Below, piece after piece: positions 11,201 to 20,310 of a stretch of DNA of 64,000 bases. A program made the position numbers and the translations under genes. Each line of letters starts with the position of its first letter. The first letter of the stretch is position 1. The stretch comes from a virus, in the IMG/VR virus record IMGVR_UViG_3300027963_000041, positions 79,096 through 143,095 of that record; one strand, given 5' to 3'. The notes under the pieces were generated by a model that was not told the origin of the DNA, searched no databases, and was given only the letters and a program-made list of their open reading frames with translations.

Positions 11201-11457
11201 TAAATAGTGGCAATTTAATTTTCGAAGTAGCATCATCAAATACAGAGGTTATTAGGTTTGGACCAAATCGTGCAACGCAAGTTAAAATCGTTAATATAAA
11301 TTCTATAGACGCAGACACTATTGGTAATAAACAATTCAATTCGTCTACGGCAGGCATTTCATTCTCAAATTCAATTCTTACATTCAGCGGGCAACAAAAC
11401 ATATATACACTAAAATTTGTACGCATAAATTCTACTGATTATATGTTGTCAAGATAG
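8260..11457 (+). CDS. Collagen-repeat fibre protein with Ala/Asn-rich coiled-coil and repeated modules
   Basis: 56 uninterrupted Gly-X-Y triplets, ANxAY/W repeats, duplicated modules; GTG start at 8260 likely (alternative 8242). Confidence 0.85.
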   Translation: MTKKTNDSIINDALSVATSIAYTKKEIAKLKEELQSQVVEQGPTGPVGPRGAIGAKGEQGAQGLKGDKGDVGPRGPVGDTGPQGPKGDVGEVGPQGPQGPQGEQGSIGPQGAQGERGLQGEQGPKGDKGDKGDKGESGKNGVDGRDGSQGAMGPAGTTGPQGIQGERGPKGEPGRVGSQGIQGERGPQGESGPQGVQGLPGKDGRDGDTKPIEQQFTKFTKNLNDNFAEYRTKLNALISKSLANDAWKATGSGEVNLRYLDDVDRNSIQDGYVLSYNSTTKKFTFVEQTGGAGGSANLIGYAVNTTTDLIWTTANSAWATANSALNQQSGDLDQFARDRANGAYGQANSSFNQANLSYTVANNSWAAANASYIQANSAFNKANNALDVGQAAWNYANTIVVSSLSGYAVNTTTDLIWSTSNSAWQSANSAQSLAQAAYNYANTIVSDTQIDPFARSTANGAFAKANNAYDVANAAYNYANTIVSDTQIDPLARSTANGAFAKANNAYDVGNSAWATANAAYNAANNVVLYNQNLNTSNSVSFAGLTVTGNTTVQDVIPSANITYNLGSSTARFRDLYLSGNTIYLGAITLTADKITTTAAVANASYAQANTATTNAATANTLAGSAFAKANNSYDVANAAYNKANTGTSQLVNGASTVSLSANGNLTVPGPIIGLGNSKLDFTTYGSNTAYLTTTDDDATALFMGLTDLNLYAHTTVQIRTNTTGVSNNWTFGADGTLTFPDNTVQTTAFTGTVIDSLARSIANSAFDKANTSVTYNQSLNTSNSVSFAGVTVTGNTTVQHVIPSANITYDLGTPTARFRDLYLSGNTINLGGATIKTDVGTGAIALIPVPTVANPNPTGIVVSPTGTISTVSTIGGTLTANAVSNSSNNTAITVTEYGGILLAEDSGTSILERRIYKNRPLSDLQNTTISTAQSATFNDQIGSLVPVSKHFVCNNATESLFVLPSANGVSQGFNLTFDIVNSGNLIFEVASSNTEVIRFGPNRATQVKIVNINSIDADTIGNKQFNSSTAGISFSNSILTFSGQQNIYTLKFVRINSTDYMLSR
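8383..8886 (+). repeat. Collagen-like Gly-X-Y repeat (56 triplets)
   Basis: GPT GPV GPR ... GRD GDT counted from the translation. Confidence 0.95.
9565..9792 (+). repeat. Tandem 114-nt (38-aa) repeat, 2 copies
   Basis: [38 protein letters not shown] at 9565 and 9679. Confidence 0.9.
9847..10755 (+). repeat. Dispersed 57-aa module, 2 copies (9847-10017 and 10585-10755)
   Basis: [38 protein letters not shown]...[16 protein letters not shown]. Confidence 0.9.
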
Positions 11458-11474
11458 CCAAAAATACCGAATTT

Positions 11475-11482
11475 TATAAATA
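11475..11482 (+). promoter_or_regulatory. Late promoter
   Basis: TATAAATA before a GAGGAG RBS. Confidence 0.8.
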
Positions 11483-11501
11483 CTAACAAAGAGGAGTTAT
11501 T

Positions 11502-11720
11502 ATGAGTGAACACATTCAAGCGGCAATAGATGCCGCATTAAACGCGAAACCTACAGATTTTAAAGACAGCATTTACAATGCAATTCAGCAAAAAGTAGAT
11601 GACGTAATGTTCTTGAAAAAAATGCAGGTTGCTAACCAGATTTTCAATAACCAAGAAGAATCATCAACAAACGATTCGGAATTAAGTCCAGAAGAGGAAA
11701 ATATAGATGAAGACCTTTAA
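11502..11720 (+). CDS. Small acidic prohead core-like protein (gp67 position)
   Basis: Strong RBS, acidic tail, position between portal and protease. Confidence 0.55.
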   Translation: MSEHIQAAIDAALNAKPTDFKDSIYNAIQQKVDDVMFLKKMQVANQIFNNQEESSTNDSELSPEEENIDEDL

Positions 11721-12087
11721 AAGTTTTCTTTTTAGTCTAGACGAAGTTAAGACCGTTGGTCTTAAAAATAAACTCGCTAAGACTACTTACATGGCACAAA
11801 TGAAGGACCCTGGAGACCTTGAGGATGTAGGTCCTGAAGAGGTTGGTCCAGCGAGCGTTAAATCTGGTAGCGGTAAAAGACCTGCGGACAGACTTGACAA
11901 CAAGCAAGCATTTGGCGAAGAAGCATACGCAACTATCAAAGCAAAAGTAAAAGAAGAAAAAGATCAAGACGCTTTGATTGCATTGTACGATTCACTTACA
12001 GAAGAAAATCAAAAAATCTTTTTAGAAAATTTTCAAAAAGATTCAGATAAAATTCTTCAGTTTGCTCTCTCATTAGTCGAGGAGTAA
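11707..12087 (+). CDS. Putative prohead core/internal protein
   Basis: N-terminus MKTFKSFLFSLDE resembles the T4 capsid-targeting sequence; head module. Confidence 0.55.
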   Translation: MKTFKSFLFSLDEVKTVGLKNKLAKTTYMAQMKDPGDLEDVGPEEVGPASVKSGSGKRPADRLDNKQAFGEEAYATIKAKVKEEKDQDALIALYDSLTEENQKIFLENFQKDSDKILQFALSLVEE

Positions 12088-12091
12088 TTAA

Positions 12092-12541
12092 ATGGCTGAT
12101 ACAGTAACCTCACAAAAATTAAAAGACCATGCAACAGCATGGGCGTACAAGTTTACAAATGAATCTGATGGTACAGGTGAGACTAATGTTCTCAAGGTTG
12201 ATGTATCAGGTTTAACTGCCGCGGCAAATAGCGCACTTACTAATCAGAGAGTAAACATTAATAAAATTACTTGGTCGATTGCAGGCGCAAATACCAAAGT
12301 AAAACTCATGTGGTCTGGCGATGCACCAAACACAATTGTCTATCTATCAGGCACAGGTACAATGGACCTTGCAACAAACTTAAATGCACCAATTACAAAT
12401 AATATTGCAAACACAATCGGCGATATTTACTTGTCAACATTTGGACATGTTGCAGGTGCTGGTTATACAGTCATTGTCGAAGGCAAGAAAACCGCAGGCT
12501 TCACAAGCCGCGAGACAACAGACGATGGAGAGTCCCCATGA
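12092..12541 (+). CDS. Hypothetical virion-associated protein
   Basis: GAGGAG RBS, 149 aa, head module. Confidence 0.6.
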   Translation: MADTVTSQKLKDHATAWAYKFTNESDGTGETNVLKVDVSGLTAAANSALTNQRVNINKITWSIAGANTKVKLMWSGDAPNTIVYLSGTGTMDLATNLNAPITNNIANTIGDIYLSTFGHVAGAGYTVIVEGKKTAGFTSRETTDDGESP

Positions 12542-13188
12542 GATTAATTTCAGAAATTAACGAAGAAGTTAAATTCATTACCGAGGCTACAGAAGCCGGT
12601 AAGAAAGAACTTTTTATTGAAGGTATCTTCATGATGGCTGAAGAGCCAAATCGTAACAAACGAATCTATCCAATGGAAATTTTGAAGCGCGAAGCAAATC
12701 GTTACATTAACGAGTATGTTAATAAAAGTCGTGCATATGGTGAACTAGGACATCCAGAAGGTCCTACAATCAATTTAGAACGTGTCTCACACATGATTAA
12801 AGAGTTGCGCCAAGATGGTAATAATTTTATCGGCAAAGCAAAGATCATGGACACACCATATGGTAACATCGTAAAAAATCTAGTTGGTGAAGGTGCATCA
12901 CTTGGTGTATCTACAAGAGGACTTGGTTCTCTCACACAAACTAAAGAGGGTTACAATGTTGTGCAAGACGATTTTTATCTTGCAACAGCCGCAGATATTG
13001 TAGCGGACCCATCAGCACCGAACGCATTTGTACATGGTATCATGGAAAACAAAGAATGGGTATTTGTAAACGGTCGCTGGACAGAACAACATATTGAAGA
13101 ATCAAAAACAGCAATTAAGAAGGCTAGTTCGAAAGATTTAGATAAAATCAAAATCAAAATTTTCGAAAACTTCATTAATAAACTGTAA
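12538..13188 (+). CDS. gp21: Prohead protease gp21
   Basis: NRNKRIYP, GELGHP, GVSTRGLGS, DIVADPSAP motifs. Confidence 0.95.
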   Translation: MRLISEINEEVKFITEATEAGKKELFIEGIFMMAEEPNRNKRIYPMEILKREANRYINEYVNKSRAYGELGHPEGPTINLERVSHMIKELRQDGNNFIGKAKIMDTPYGNIVKNLVGEGASLGVSTRGLGSLTQTKEGYNVVQDDFYLATAADIVADPSAPNAFVHGIMENKEWVFVNGRWTEQHIEESKTAIKKASSKDLDKIKIKIFENFINKL

Positions 13189-13194
13189 AAATAT

Positions 13195-13202
13195 TATAAA
13201 TA
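13195..13202 (+). promoter_or_regulatory. Late promoter for gp22
   Basis: TATAAATA. Confidence 0.8.
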
Positions 13203-13241
13203 GATACTAGAAACCTCAAATACTCAAAAGGAGAGAGCATC

Positions 13242-14156
13242 ATGACAGAACAAGTAAAAGACAAGGTCGAAGACCTTGAAAAGAAAAACTTAGAAGAAGG
13301 TGAGATGCCTGCCGCTCTGAAAGCCTATATCGATAAAAAAGGTAAAAAAGGCGAAAAAGAGAAAGAAGATGACGCAGAGGACGATGATGGCGAAGACAAC
13401 AAGGAAGTAAAAGAAAAAAAAGCAAAAATGAAAGAAGACATTGACGCTATTTTTTCTGGTGAAGAACTTTCTGAAGAATTCAAAACCAACGCCAAAGCAA
13501 TCTTTGAAGCAGCCGTAGCATCCCGCATTTCAGAAATTGAAACAGACCTTCAGGAACAATTTGATACCAAACTTAACGAACAGGTAGGCGAAATTGTTTC
13601 AGGTATCGTTGACAAAGTTGACGAATATTTGGAATATGTTGTTGCTGAGTGGACAGAAGAACACAAAGTTGGTATTGAGAAAAATCTAAAAGCAGAAGTT
13701 ACCGAAGACTTTATGGTAGGTCTAAAGAATCTATTCGTTGAAAACTACATTGACATTCCAGAAGACAAAGTAGACTTAGTAGACGAAATGACAAAGAAAC
13801 TGCAAGACGCAGAAACCGATTTAGATAAAAAAATCACAGAAAATGCTGATTTAGTTGCAGAATTGAATTCTTATAAGAAAGACCAGGCTATTCACACAGT
13901 AACAGAAGGATTGTCTGAAATTCAAATTGCAAAATTAAAATCACTTGCAGAAAATATTGAATTCATTTCTGAACAAGATTACAAAAACAAACTTACTCTT
14001 ACAAAGAAAAAGTACTTTGAATCTAAAGAAACTGAAAAAACCGCTGTTTCTGAGTCAAAGAAAGATTTAGATTCTGCTGATTCTGAATTGGAAGAATCGT
14101 TTACCCCTATCATGGAACACTATGTGAAGAATATTTCCAAGATAGTGAAAAGATAA
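13242..14156 (+). CDS. gp22: Prohead scaffold protein gp22
   Basis: LSEEFK..AKAIFEAAV, VDEYLEYV; acidic coiled coil between gp21 and gp23. Confidence 0.92.
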   Translation: MTEQVKDKVEDLEKKNLEEGEMPAALKAYIDKKGKKGEKEKEDDAEDDDGEDNKEVKEKKAKMKEDIDAIFSGEELSEEFKTNAKAIFEAAVASRISEIETDLQEQFDTKLNEQVGEIVSGIVDKVDEYLEYVVAEWTEEHKVGIEKNLKAEVTEDFMVGLKNLFVENYIDIPEDKVDLVDEMTKKLQDAETDLDKKITENADLVAELNSYKKDQAIHTVTEGLSEIQIAKLKSLAENIEFISEQDYKNKLTLTKKKYFESKETEKTAVSESKKDLDSADSELEESFTPIMEHYVKNISKIVKR

Positions 14157-14161
14157 GAAAT

Positions 14162-14169
14162 TATAAATA
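14162..14169 (+). promoter_or_regulatory. Late promoter for gp23
   Basis: TATAAATA. Confidence 0.85.
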
Positions 14170-14205
14170 ACATCAGAGTTTATCAAATACTCAAAGGAGA
14201 AAAAT

Positions 14206-15528
14206 ATGTCAGACGCATTACTTAAAAAATGGGCACCCGTTCTTGATCACTCAGAACTTCCAGCGATCAAGGATTCCCACAGACGCGCAGTTGTAGCACA
14301 ACTTCTTGAGAACCAAGAATTAGATGGTCGCTCGAATTCCTCAGCAGGCTATCGTAATCCTACTAGCCTTCTTAACGAAGATGCACCAACTAACGCAATG
14401 GGCGCTTCATCTTCAACCGCAGGCGATGGTAACATCGACCTTTACGATCCAGTACTTATCAGCCTAGTACGCCGTGCGGCACCTAATCTTATCGCTTACG
14501 ATATTTGCGGTGTTCAGCCAATGACAGGACCAACTGGTCTTATTTTTGCTATGCGCTCACGTTACTCAGGTCAGAACGGTACTGAAGCGTTGTTCAACGA
14601 AGCAAACACTGGCTTCTCTGGCACCGTAGGCGATCAAACCGGCGCAACAGCCGCACTTGCAAACGCAACCAACTACACAGTTCAGACTGGTATGACTACA
14701 GCGATCGCTGAAGGTCTTGGCGGTGGCGGTTCAAACGCGGATTTCAACGAGATGGCATTCAGCATCGAAAAGATTTCCGTTGTTGCTAAGAGCCGTGCGC
14801 TAAAAGCAGAATACACAATGGAACTTGCACAAGACTTGAAAGCAGTTCATGGTCTTGATGCAGAGCAAGAACTTGCTAACATTCTTTCAACAGAAATTCT
14901 TGCAGAAATTAACCGCGAAGTAGTTCGTCAAGTTAACATCTCTGCAACAGTAGGCGCACAAGAAAACGTGGCAACTGCTGGTACTTTCGACCTTGACGTT
15001 GACGCTAACGGTCGTTGGTCAGTTGAAAAATTCAAAGGCTTGATGTTCCAATTGGAGCGTGAGTCTAACGCAATTGCTAAGGCAACTCGCCGTGGTAAAG
15101 GCAATGTGATGATCTGTTCTTCAGACGTTGCATCAGCACTTCAAATGGCTGGCGTTCTAGATTACACACCAGCACTTGCATCTAACAACCTACAAGTTGA
15201 TGACACAGGCAACACATTCGCAGGTGTTCTAAACGGTCGTATCAAGGTTTACATTGACCCATACTTCGCATCTTCATCTGGCGTACACTACGCAACTATC
15301 GGCTACAAGGGCACTTCAGCATTTGACGCTGGCTTGTTCTACTGCCCATACGTTCCTCTACAGATGGTTCGTGCAGTTGGTCAAGATTCATTCCAGCCAC
15401 GTATCGGATTTAAGACCCGTTACGGCATGGTAGCGAACCCATTCGCAACTTCTGCGGCTGACGGTGTAATCAACTTTACAAACAAGAACATCTACTATCG
15501 TAGATTCGCGATCACAAACTTGATGTAA
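14206..15528 (+). CDS. gp23: Major capsid protein gp23
   Basis: KWAPVLD, GVQPMTGPTGLIFAMR, KSRALKAEYT, FYCPYVPLQM, GFKTRYG. Confidence 0.98.
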   Translation: MSDALLKKWAPVLDHSELPAIKDSHRRAVVAQLLENQELDGRSNSSAGYRNPTSLLNEDAPTNAMGASSSTAGDGNIDLYDPVLISLVRRAAPNLIAYDICGVQPMTGPTGLIFAMRSRYSGQNGTEALFNEANTGFSGTVGDQTGATAALANATNYTVQTGMTTAIAEGLGGGGSNADFNEMAFSIEKISVVAKSRALKAEYTMELAQDLKAVHGLDAEQELANILSTEILAEINREVVRQVNISATVGAQENVATAGTFDLDVDANGRWSVEKFKGLMFQLERESNAIAKATRRGKGNVMICSSDVASALQMAGVLDYTPALASNNLQVDDTGNTFAGVLNGRIKVYIDPYFASSSGVHYATIGYKGTSAFDAGLFYCPYVPLQMVRAVGQDSFQPRIGFKTRYGMVANPFATSAADGVINFTNKNIYYRRFAITNLM

Positions 15529-15555
15529 TCATTAAGCCGGCACAGATCGGATTTG

Positions 15556-15583
15556 AGAGGGACCTTCGGGTCCCTCTTTTTTT
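15556..15583 (+). terminator. Rho-independent terminator after gp23
   Basis: AGAGGGACC-TTCG-GGTCCCTCT followed by a T run. Confidence 0.92.
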
Positions 15584-15587
15584 GTCT

Positions 15588-15595
15588 TATAAATA
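15588..15595 (+). promoter_or_regulatory. Late promoter for gp3
   Basis: TATAAATA. Confidence 0.8.
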
Positions 15596-15618
15596 TATGA
15601 TGACAATAAGGCACAAAT

Positions 15619-16134
15619 ATGGCAACGTATAATCAAACACCTACCAACAAAAGTTTTCTTTCGAATAACAAGTATGAATTTGTTATTCAAAGACTGCCTC
15701 ACGTTACATTTTTTATACAGTCTGTTGTAATACCGGACGTATCACTTGTTGGAACACAGGTTCCATCTCCATATGTTTCTGTACCAATTCCAGGTAACAT
15801 TCTAACCTATGGTGAATTGCAAGTCACTTACATCATGGATGAAGACATGCAATCATGGCGTGAAATATATGACTGGATGTACAATCTAGGTAATCCAGAA
15901 TCAAAAAATAAAATAGGTGATCTTACGCAAACTCCAGGTAGACGCAATAGCGTTACCTCTGATGCATCATTGTTAGTTAAATCAAACTCAAACAACCCTC
16001 GCGTAAAATTTACCTTTAAAGATATGTTTCCTACCACTCTTGGTGGAGTTACATTGTCTAGCGCAGAAGGGCAAGAATTTATTACATCAACTATTTCTTT
16101 TATATACAGTCATTACACAGTAGATTCGATTTGA
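15619..16134 (+). CDS. gp3: Tail completion protein gp3
   Basis: IPGNILTYGEL, DEDMQSWREIYDW, SDASL, FKDMFPT; follows gp23. Confidence 0.85.
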   Translation: MATYNQTPTNKSFLSNNKYEFVIQRLPHVTFFIQSVVIPDVSLVGTQVPSPYVSVPIPGNILTYGELQVTYIMDEDMQSWREIYDWMYNLGNPESKNKIGDLTQTPGRRNSVTSDASLLVKSNSNNPRVKFTFKDMFPTTLGGVTLSSAEGQEFITSTISFIYSHYTVDSI

Positions 16135-16159
16135 CATTTATATCAGTTTGTGTTATTAT
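16131..16159 (+). promoter_or_regulatory. sigma70-type promoter for uvsY/uvsW
   Basis: TTGACA-17-TATTAT. Confidence 0.7.
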
Positions 16160-16191
16160 GATATGTAATTGGATCCATATGGAGGAGTGTG

Positions 16192-16629
16192 ATGACGTTA
16201 GATCAATTGATGGAAGAATGGAAGAAAGATGCGCCAGTAGATTCTACTGAGTTAGCCATTGCTTCACTTAAAATACCAGAACTGCATAGTAAGTACCTCA
16301 AAATTTATTTTGAAGAAAGACGCAAACTCAAAGGTTTAGAGTTTCAGTCTAAGGAATTGTTTTTGAAGAAATATGAATATTATAACGGACGTATATCTGA
16401 AGAAGAGTTAGAACAACTTGGTTGGGAACCTTTTATGAAACGTCTAATGAAAAATGAAATTGACATGTATATTGATTCTGACAAGGAAATTATTGAGAAG
16501 AATATGAGAATCGTCATGCAAAAGGAAAAACTAGATTTCCTTGAAGAGGTGATCAAGAATCTCAATCAAAGAAACTTTCAAATTAAGAATGCAATTGAAT
16601 GGAGAAAGTTTACTCAAGGTGTCGCATAA
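16192..16629 (+). CDS. uvsY: Recombination mediator UvsY
   Basis: IPELHSKYL, YEYYNG, RNFQIKNAIEWRKF. Confidence 0.9.
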   Translation: MTLDQLMEEWKKDAPVDSTELAIASLKIPELHSKYLKIYFEERRKLKGLEFQSKELFLKKYEYYNGRISEEELEQLGWEPFMKRLMKNEIDMYIDSDKEIIEKNMRIVMQKEKLDFLEEVIKNLNQRNFQIKNAIEWRKFTQGVA

Positions 16630-18076
16630 CTCTATCACTATATCTAAGGTAAATGAAGTATATGCTAAGATACATTGCGAACGTGGAGAAGCAATGGAAC
16701 TTAGCGAGTACTTCACCTTTTACGTTCCCGGTTATAAATTTATGCCTGCATTCAGGAATAAAATCTGGGACGGAAAGATTCGCCTATTCAATACACAAAA
16801 CCATACCATCTATTATGGCTTAATGCCGTACATAGAAAAGTTTTGTCATGAACGCGAGTACCTTATAGAATATGATGCATCAGTTGATCTTGCAGATGAA
16901 TTTTCGGAGAATGAAGCAGATGAGTTTATTGCTAAACTCAAACTGCCGCATGAAGTAAGAGACTATCAAAAGAAAGCATTTATCTACGCTATAAGAAATA
17001 GAAGAGGGCTTCTAGTTTCACCAACTGCGTCAGGTAAATCTCTTATCATCTATCTCATTACAAGATACCTCAAAGGTAAGACACTTATCATTGTGCCTAC
17101 CATTTCTCTTGTATCGCAAATGTTCAAAGACTTTAAAGACTATGGACTTGATAGCGAAACATACATGCACAAGATTACTGCTGGCGCAGATAAAGAATCA
17201 AACAAACCAATCATTGTATCAACGTGGCAGTCAATCTACAAGATGCCAAAAGAATGGTTTGCACAATTTGATTTAGTCATTGGTGACGAAGCGCACTTAT
17301 TCAAAGCACAATCACTTACAAAGATCATGACAAATCTAACAGAGTGTGGCTATCGCTTTGGACTGACTGGTACGCTTGATGGAACACAAACTCATCGATT
17401 GGTGCTTGAAGGTTTATTCGGTAGAGTGAAGAATGTAACCACAACTAAAGAACTGATTGATACCAAAAGACTTGCAGATTTTAAAATCAAAGCATTGGTA
17501 CTCAAGCATGATGAAGTTTCATGTGAAGCAATTAAGAAAGCAAAGTACCAAGAAGAGATTGACTACTTGGTATCATCAGAAATACGGAACAAATTTATTA
17601 CAAACTTGACTATTTCCCTCAAAGGGAATACACTAGTATTGTTTCAGTTTGTACACAAGCATGGTGATGTACTTCACCCTATGATTCTCAATAAGGCTAA
17701 AGATAGAAAAGTCTTCTACGTTCACGGTAATGTGGATGTAGATGAACGTGAACTTGTACGAGAAATTACTGAGAAGGAATCTGACGCTATCATCATTGCG
17801 TCATATGGGACGTTCTCAACAGGTATAAATATAAGAAACTTACACAACATTGTTTTTGCGTCCCCTAGCAAAAGCAAGATTCGCACACTACAATCGATAG
17901 GGCGTGTACTCAGACTTGGTGAAAACAAAGAGACTGCAACGCTATTTGATATAGCGGACGATTTAACTTACAAAAGTAAAAAGAACTTCACCCTTGATCA
18001 TTTCGTAGAAAGAATGAAAATATACAATGAAGAAAAGTTTGAATATAAAATTTATTCAATCAACCTAAAAGGCTGA
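16619..18076 (+). CDS. uvsW: SF2 helicase UvsW
   Basis: PTASGKS, DEAH, GLTGT, QSIGRVLR; GTG start inferred. Confidence 0.94.
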   Translation: MSHNSITISKVNEVYAKIHCERGEAMELSEYFTFYVPGYKFMPAFRNKIWDGKIRLFNTQNHTIYYGLMPYIEKFCHEREYLIEYDASVDLADEFSENEADEFIAKLKLPHEVRDYQKKAFIYAIRNRRGLLVSPTASGKSLIIYLITRYLKGKTLIIVPTISLVSQMFKDFKDYGLDSETYMHKITAGADKESNKPIIVSTWQSIYKMPKEWFAQFDLVIGDEAHLFKAQSLTKIMTNLTECGYRFGLTGTLDGTQTHRLVLEGLFGRVKNVTTTKELIDTKRLADFKIKALVLKHDEVSCEAIKKAKYQEEIDYLVSSEIRNKFITNLTISLKGNTLVLFQFVHKHGDVLHPMILNKAKDRKVFYVHGNVDVDERELVREITEKESDAIIIASYGTFSTGINIRNLHNIVFASPSKSKIRTLQSIGRVLRLGENKETATLFDIADDLTYKSKKNFTLDHFVERMKIYNEEKFEYKIYSINLKG

Positions 18077-18078
18077 CC

Positions 18079-18477
18079 ATGCAAGAAGAAAAGGGTGTTT
18101 CACCCAATACAACAATTTGCAAAGTGTTGAAACTGTCAAACGGAGAGACAATCATTGGTAATATCACCAAGGAGACTGTTTCTTATATTGATGTGAATAG
18201 ACCTTTGAAGATTCTTATTATGGTTCGTCAAGACATGTCTGCTATCAATATGTCTGTTATGAGGTGGGACCCTACTTTTGATTATGCTCTTCCAATAAGA
18301 GTATACAAGAATTCAATTGTAGCATGTGCAGAACCAAATGAATTAATGGTAAGGAATTATAATGAAGTATTAGAACAGGCTGATAAGCCCGAAGAAGATC
18401 AAAGCGATGAGACTACAGAGGTTGGTGATATGATGCAAGAGATACTTAAAAGGATTAAACCTAGTACTATGCATTGA
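18079..18477 (+). CDS. Hypothetical protein (possible Sm-like fold)
   Basis: KVLKLSNGETIIG; lies between uvsW and gp55. Confidence 0.6.
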   Translation: MQEEKGVSPNTTICKVLKLSNGETIIGNITKETVSYIDVNRPLKILIMVRQDMSAINMSVMRWDPTFDYALPIRVYKNSIVACAEPNELMVRNYNEVLEQADKPEEDQSDETTEVGDMMQEILKRIKPSTMH

Positions 18478-18491
18478 AAGGCAACACCCTG

Positions 18492-18520
18492 ATTGTACAC
18501 ACATGTCAAGTAAATGTCAA
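18492..18520 (-). promoter_or_regulatory. Antisense sigma70-type promoter
   Basis: Reverse strand reads TTGACA-17-TACAAT. Confidence 0.6.
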
Positions 18521-18537
18521 TAAAATGAGAGGTGAAT

Positions 18538-19101
18538 ATGGGAACAAATCATTATGTAAACAACGAGCAATTTCTCCAAGAGATGGTTGCTTATAAAAAT
18601 TTAGTTAAGGCTGCCGTTAGCAATACTACAGAACGACCAAGAGTGCCAGAATACATCGGCTCTTGTTTGTTTAAGATCGCCACGCACTTAGCACGAAAAC
18701 CAAACTTTGCGAATTATACCTTTAAAGAAGATATGGTTTCCGATGGTGTAGAAAACTGTTTGCTCTACATCGATAACTTTGATCCTGAAAAGTCAAAAAA
18801 TCCATTCGCGTACTTCACGCAAATTATTTATTTTGCTTTCTTGCGAAGAATCCAAAAAGAAAAAAAACACATGTACATCAAGTACAAGAGCATGGATAAC
18901 GTAATTATAAATGCTCTAATTGAAAACAATGGCGAAGATGTTGTTGGATCACACATGCAAGGCATGATGCATGAATCTTACAGCGAACATTTCATTAGTG
19001 ATTTTATTCAAACCTTTGAAGATACCAAACGTAAGAAAACAGACGCCAGAAAGAAGAAAAAGGAGGTGGAAAATGCAGACGCCGATTCCAGTACAACTTG
19101 A
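18538..19101 (+). CDS. gp55: Late transcription sigma factor gp55
   Basis: HYVNN, NFANYTFKEDMVSDG, NPFAYFTQI, AFLRRIQKEKK. Confidence 0.95.
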   Translation: MGTNHYVNNEQFLQEMVAYKNLVKAAVSNTTERPRVPEYIGSCLFKIATHLARKPNFANYTFKEDMVSDGVENCLLYIDNFDPEKSKNPFAYFTQIIYFAFLRRIQKEKKHMYIKYKSMDNVIINALIENNGEDVVGSHMQGMMHESYSEHFISDFIQTFEDTKRKKTDARKKKKEVENADADSSTT

Positions 19102-19255
19102 ACAATGGATTAAGACGGTACAAAACAAAAGATCGCCATACGATTTGCGCGAATCATCTATCTTGCATTTAAAGAACATTCGTGATATAATTGATCAGGT
19201 AATCCGTGAAAATGGAAGAAGTAACACTACTTGGAAGAATAACATTAAGAGATGA
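19073..19255 (+). CDS. Hypothetical protein
   Basis: AGGAGG RBS, coupled to gp47. Confidence 0.55.
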   Translation: MQTPIPVQLEQWIKTVQNKRSPYDLRESSILHLKNIRDIIDQVIRENGRSNTTWKNNIKR

Positions 19256-20310
19256 AAATTGCCCTACTTGGAGATACACATTTTGGCGTAAGAAACGATG
19301 CACGACACTTCCACGAATACTACGAGAAGTTTTATAGCGAAGTTTTCTTTCCATACTTAGAAGAGCATGGTATTGATACCATTATTCAACTTGGTGATTT
19401 GTTTGATCGTAGAAAATATATCAATTTCCTTTCTCTTGCAGAAAGCAGACGATATTTTTTCGATGAGTGTAAGAACAGAAACATTCGCCTTCATGCGTTG
19501 ATTGGTAATCATGATATTTTCTGGCGCAACAGTTTGGAGATTAATTCTCCAGATTTGCTTTTGCGCGACTATGACAACATTACATTATGGGCTAAGCACG
19601 GCACACTTGAACTAGATGGTGCTGTGTTTGATATGATTCCTTGGATGTGTAACGAGAACGAAAACGAGATTCGTGAATTTGTTTCAAAGAGTACATCGCC
19701 GTATTGTGTTGGTCACTTTGAACTTGTTGGTTACTATATGCAACGTGGTCAAGTCAGTCATGAAGGCTATGAAGATGTATTTCTGAAAAACTATGATCAA
19801 GTTTATAGTGGACACTATCATTCGCGTTCGGCATCAGTAGATGGTAAGATTGCATATCTCGGCACACCATACGAATTGTTTTGGTCAGACTATAAAGATC
19901 AAAAAGGCTTTGGTGTGTTTGATACACAAAGTAACGTGTTTAAGTTTGTGACAAATCCAAATCGTATGTTCTACAAGTTAACTTATGACGATACAAAAGA
20001 ATTGGACGAAGACTTTTCTAATCTAAAAAACAAATACATAAAGATAGTAGTCGTACAAAAAACAAACCCTCAAAAGTTTGATACCTTTATGGATGATATT
20101 TACAAGATGAATCCTATTGATGTTACTATTGTTGAAGATGTAAATGAGATGGTGAACAATGAAGAAGATGTAGTTGACCAAGCACAAGACACTTTGACGA
20201 TTTTATCTAACTATATTGATCAGCAAACAATTCAAGTTGAACCGCAAAAACTAAAAACAGTCATGCGTGAACTTTATCTTGAAGCATTGTCATCGGAAAC
20301 TATTGAATGA
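19252..20310 (+). CDS. gp47: Recombination nuclease gp47 (Mre11/SbcD-like)
   Basis: GDTHFG, LGDLFD, GNHD, SGHYH motifs. Confidence 0.95.
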   Translation: MKIALLGDTHFGVRNDARHFHEYYEKFYSEVFFPYLEEHGIDTIIQLGDLFDRRKYINFLSLAESRRYFFDECKNRNIRLHALIGNHDIFWRNSLEINSPDLLLRDYDNITLWAKHGTLELDGAVFDMIPWMCNENENEIREFVSKSTSPYCVGHFELVGYYMQRGQVSHEGYEDVFLKNYDQVYSGHYHSRSASVDGKIAYLGTPYELFWSDYKDQKGFGVFDTQSNVFKFVTNPNRMFYKLTYDDTKELDEDFSNLKNKYIKIVVVQKTNPQKFDTFMDDIYKMNPIDVTIVEDVNEMVNNEEDVVDQAQDTLTILSNYIDQQTIQVEPQKLKTVMRELYLEALSSETIE

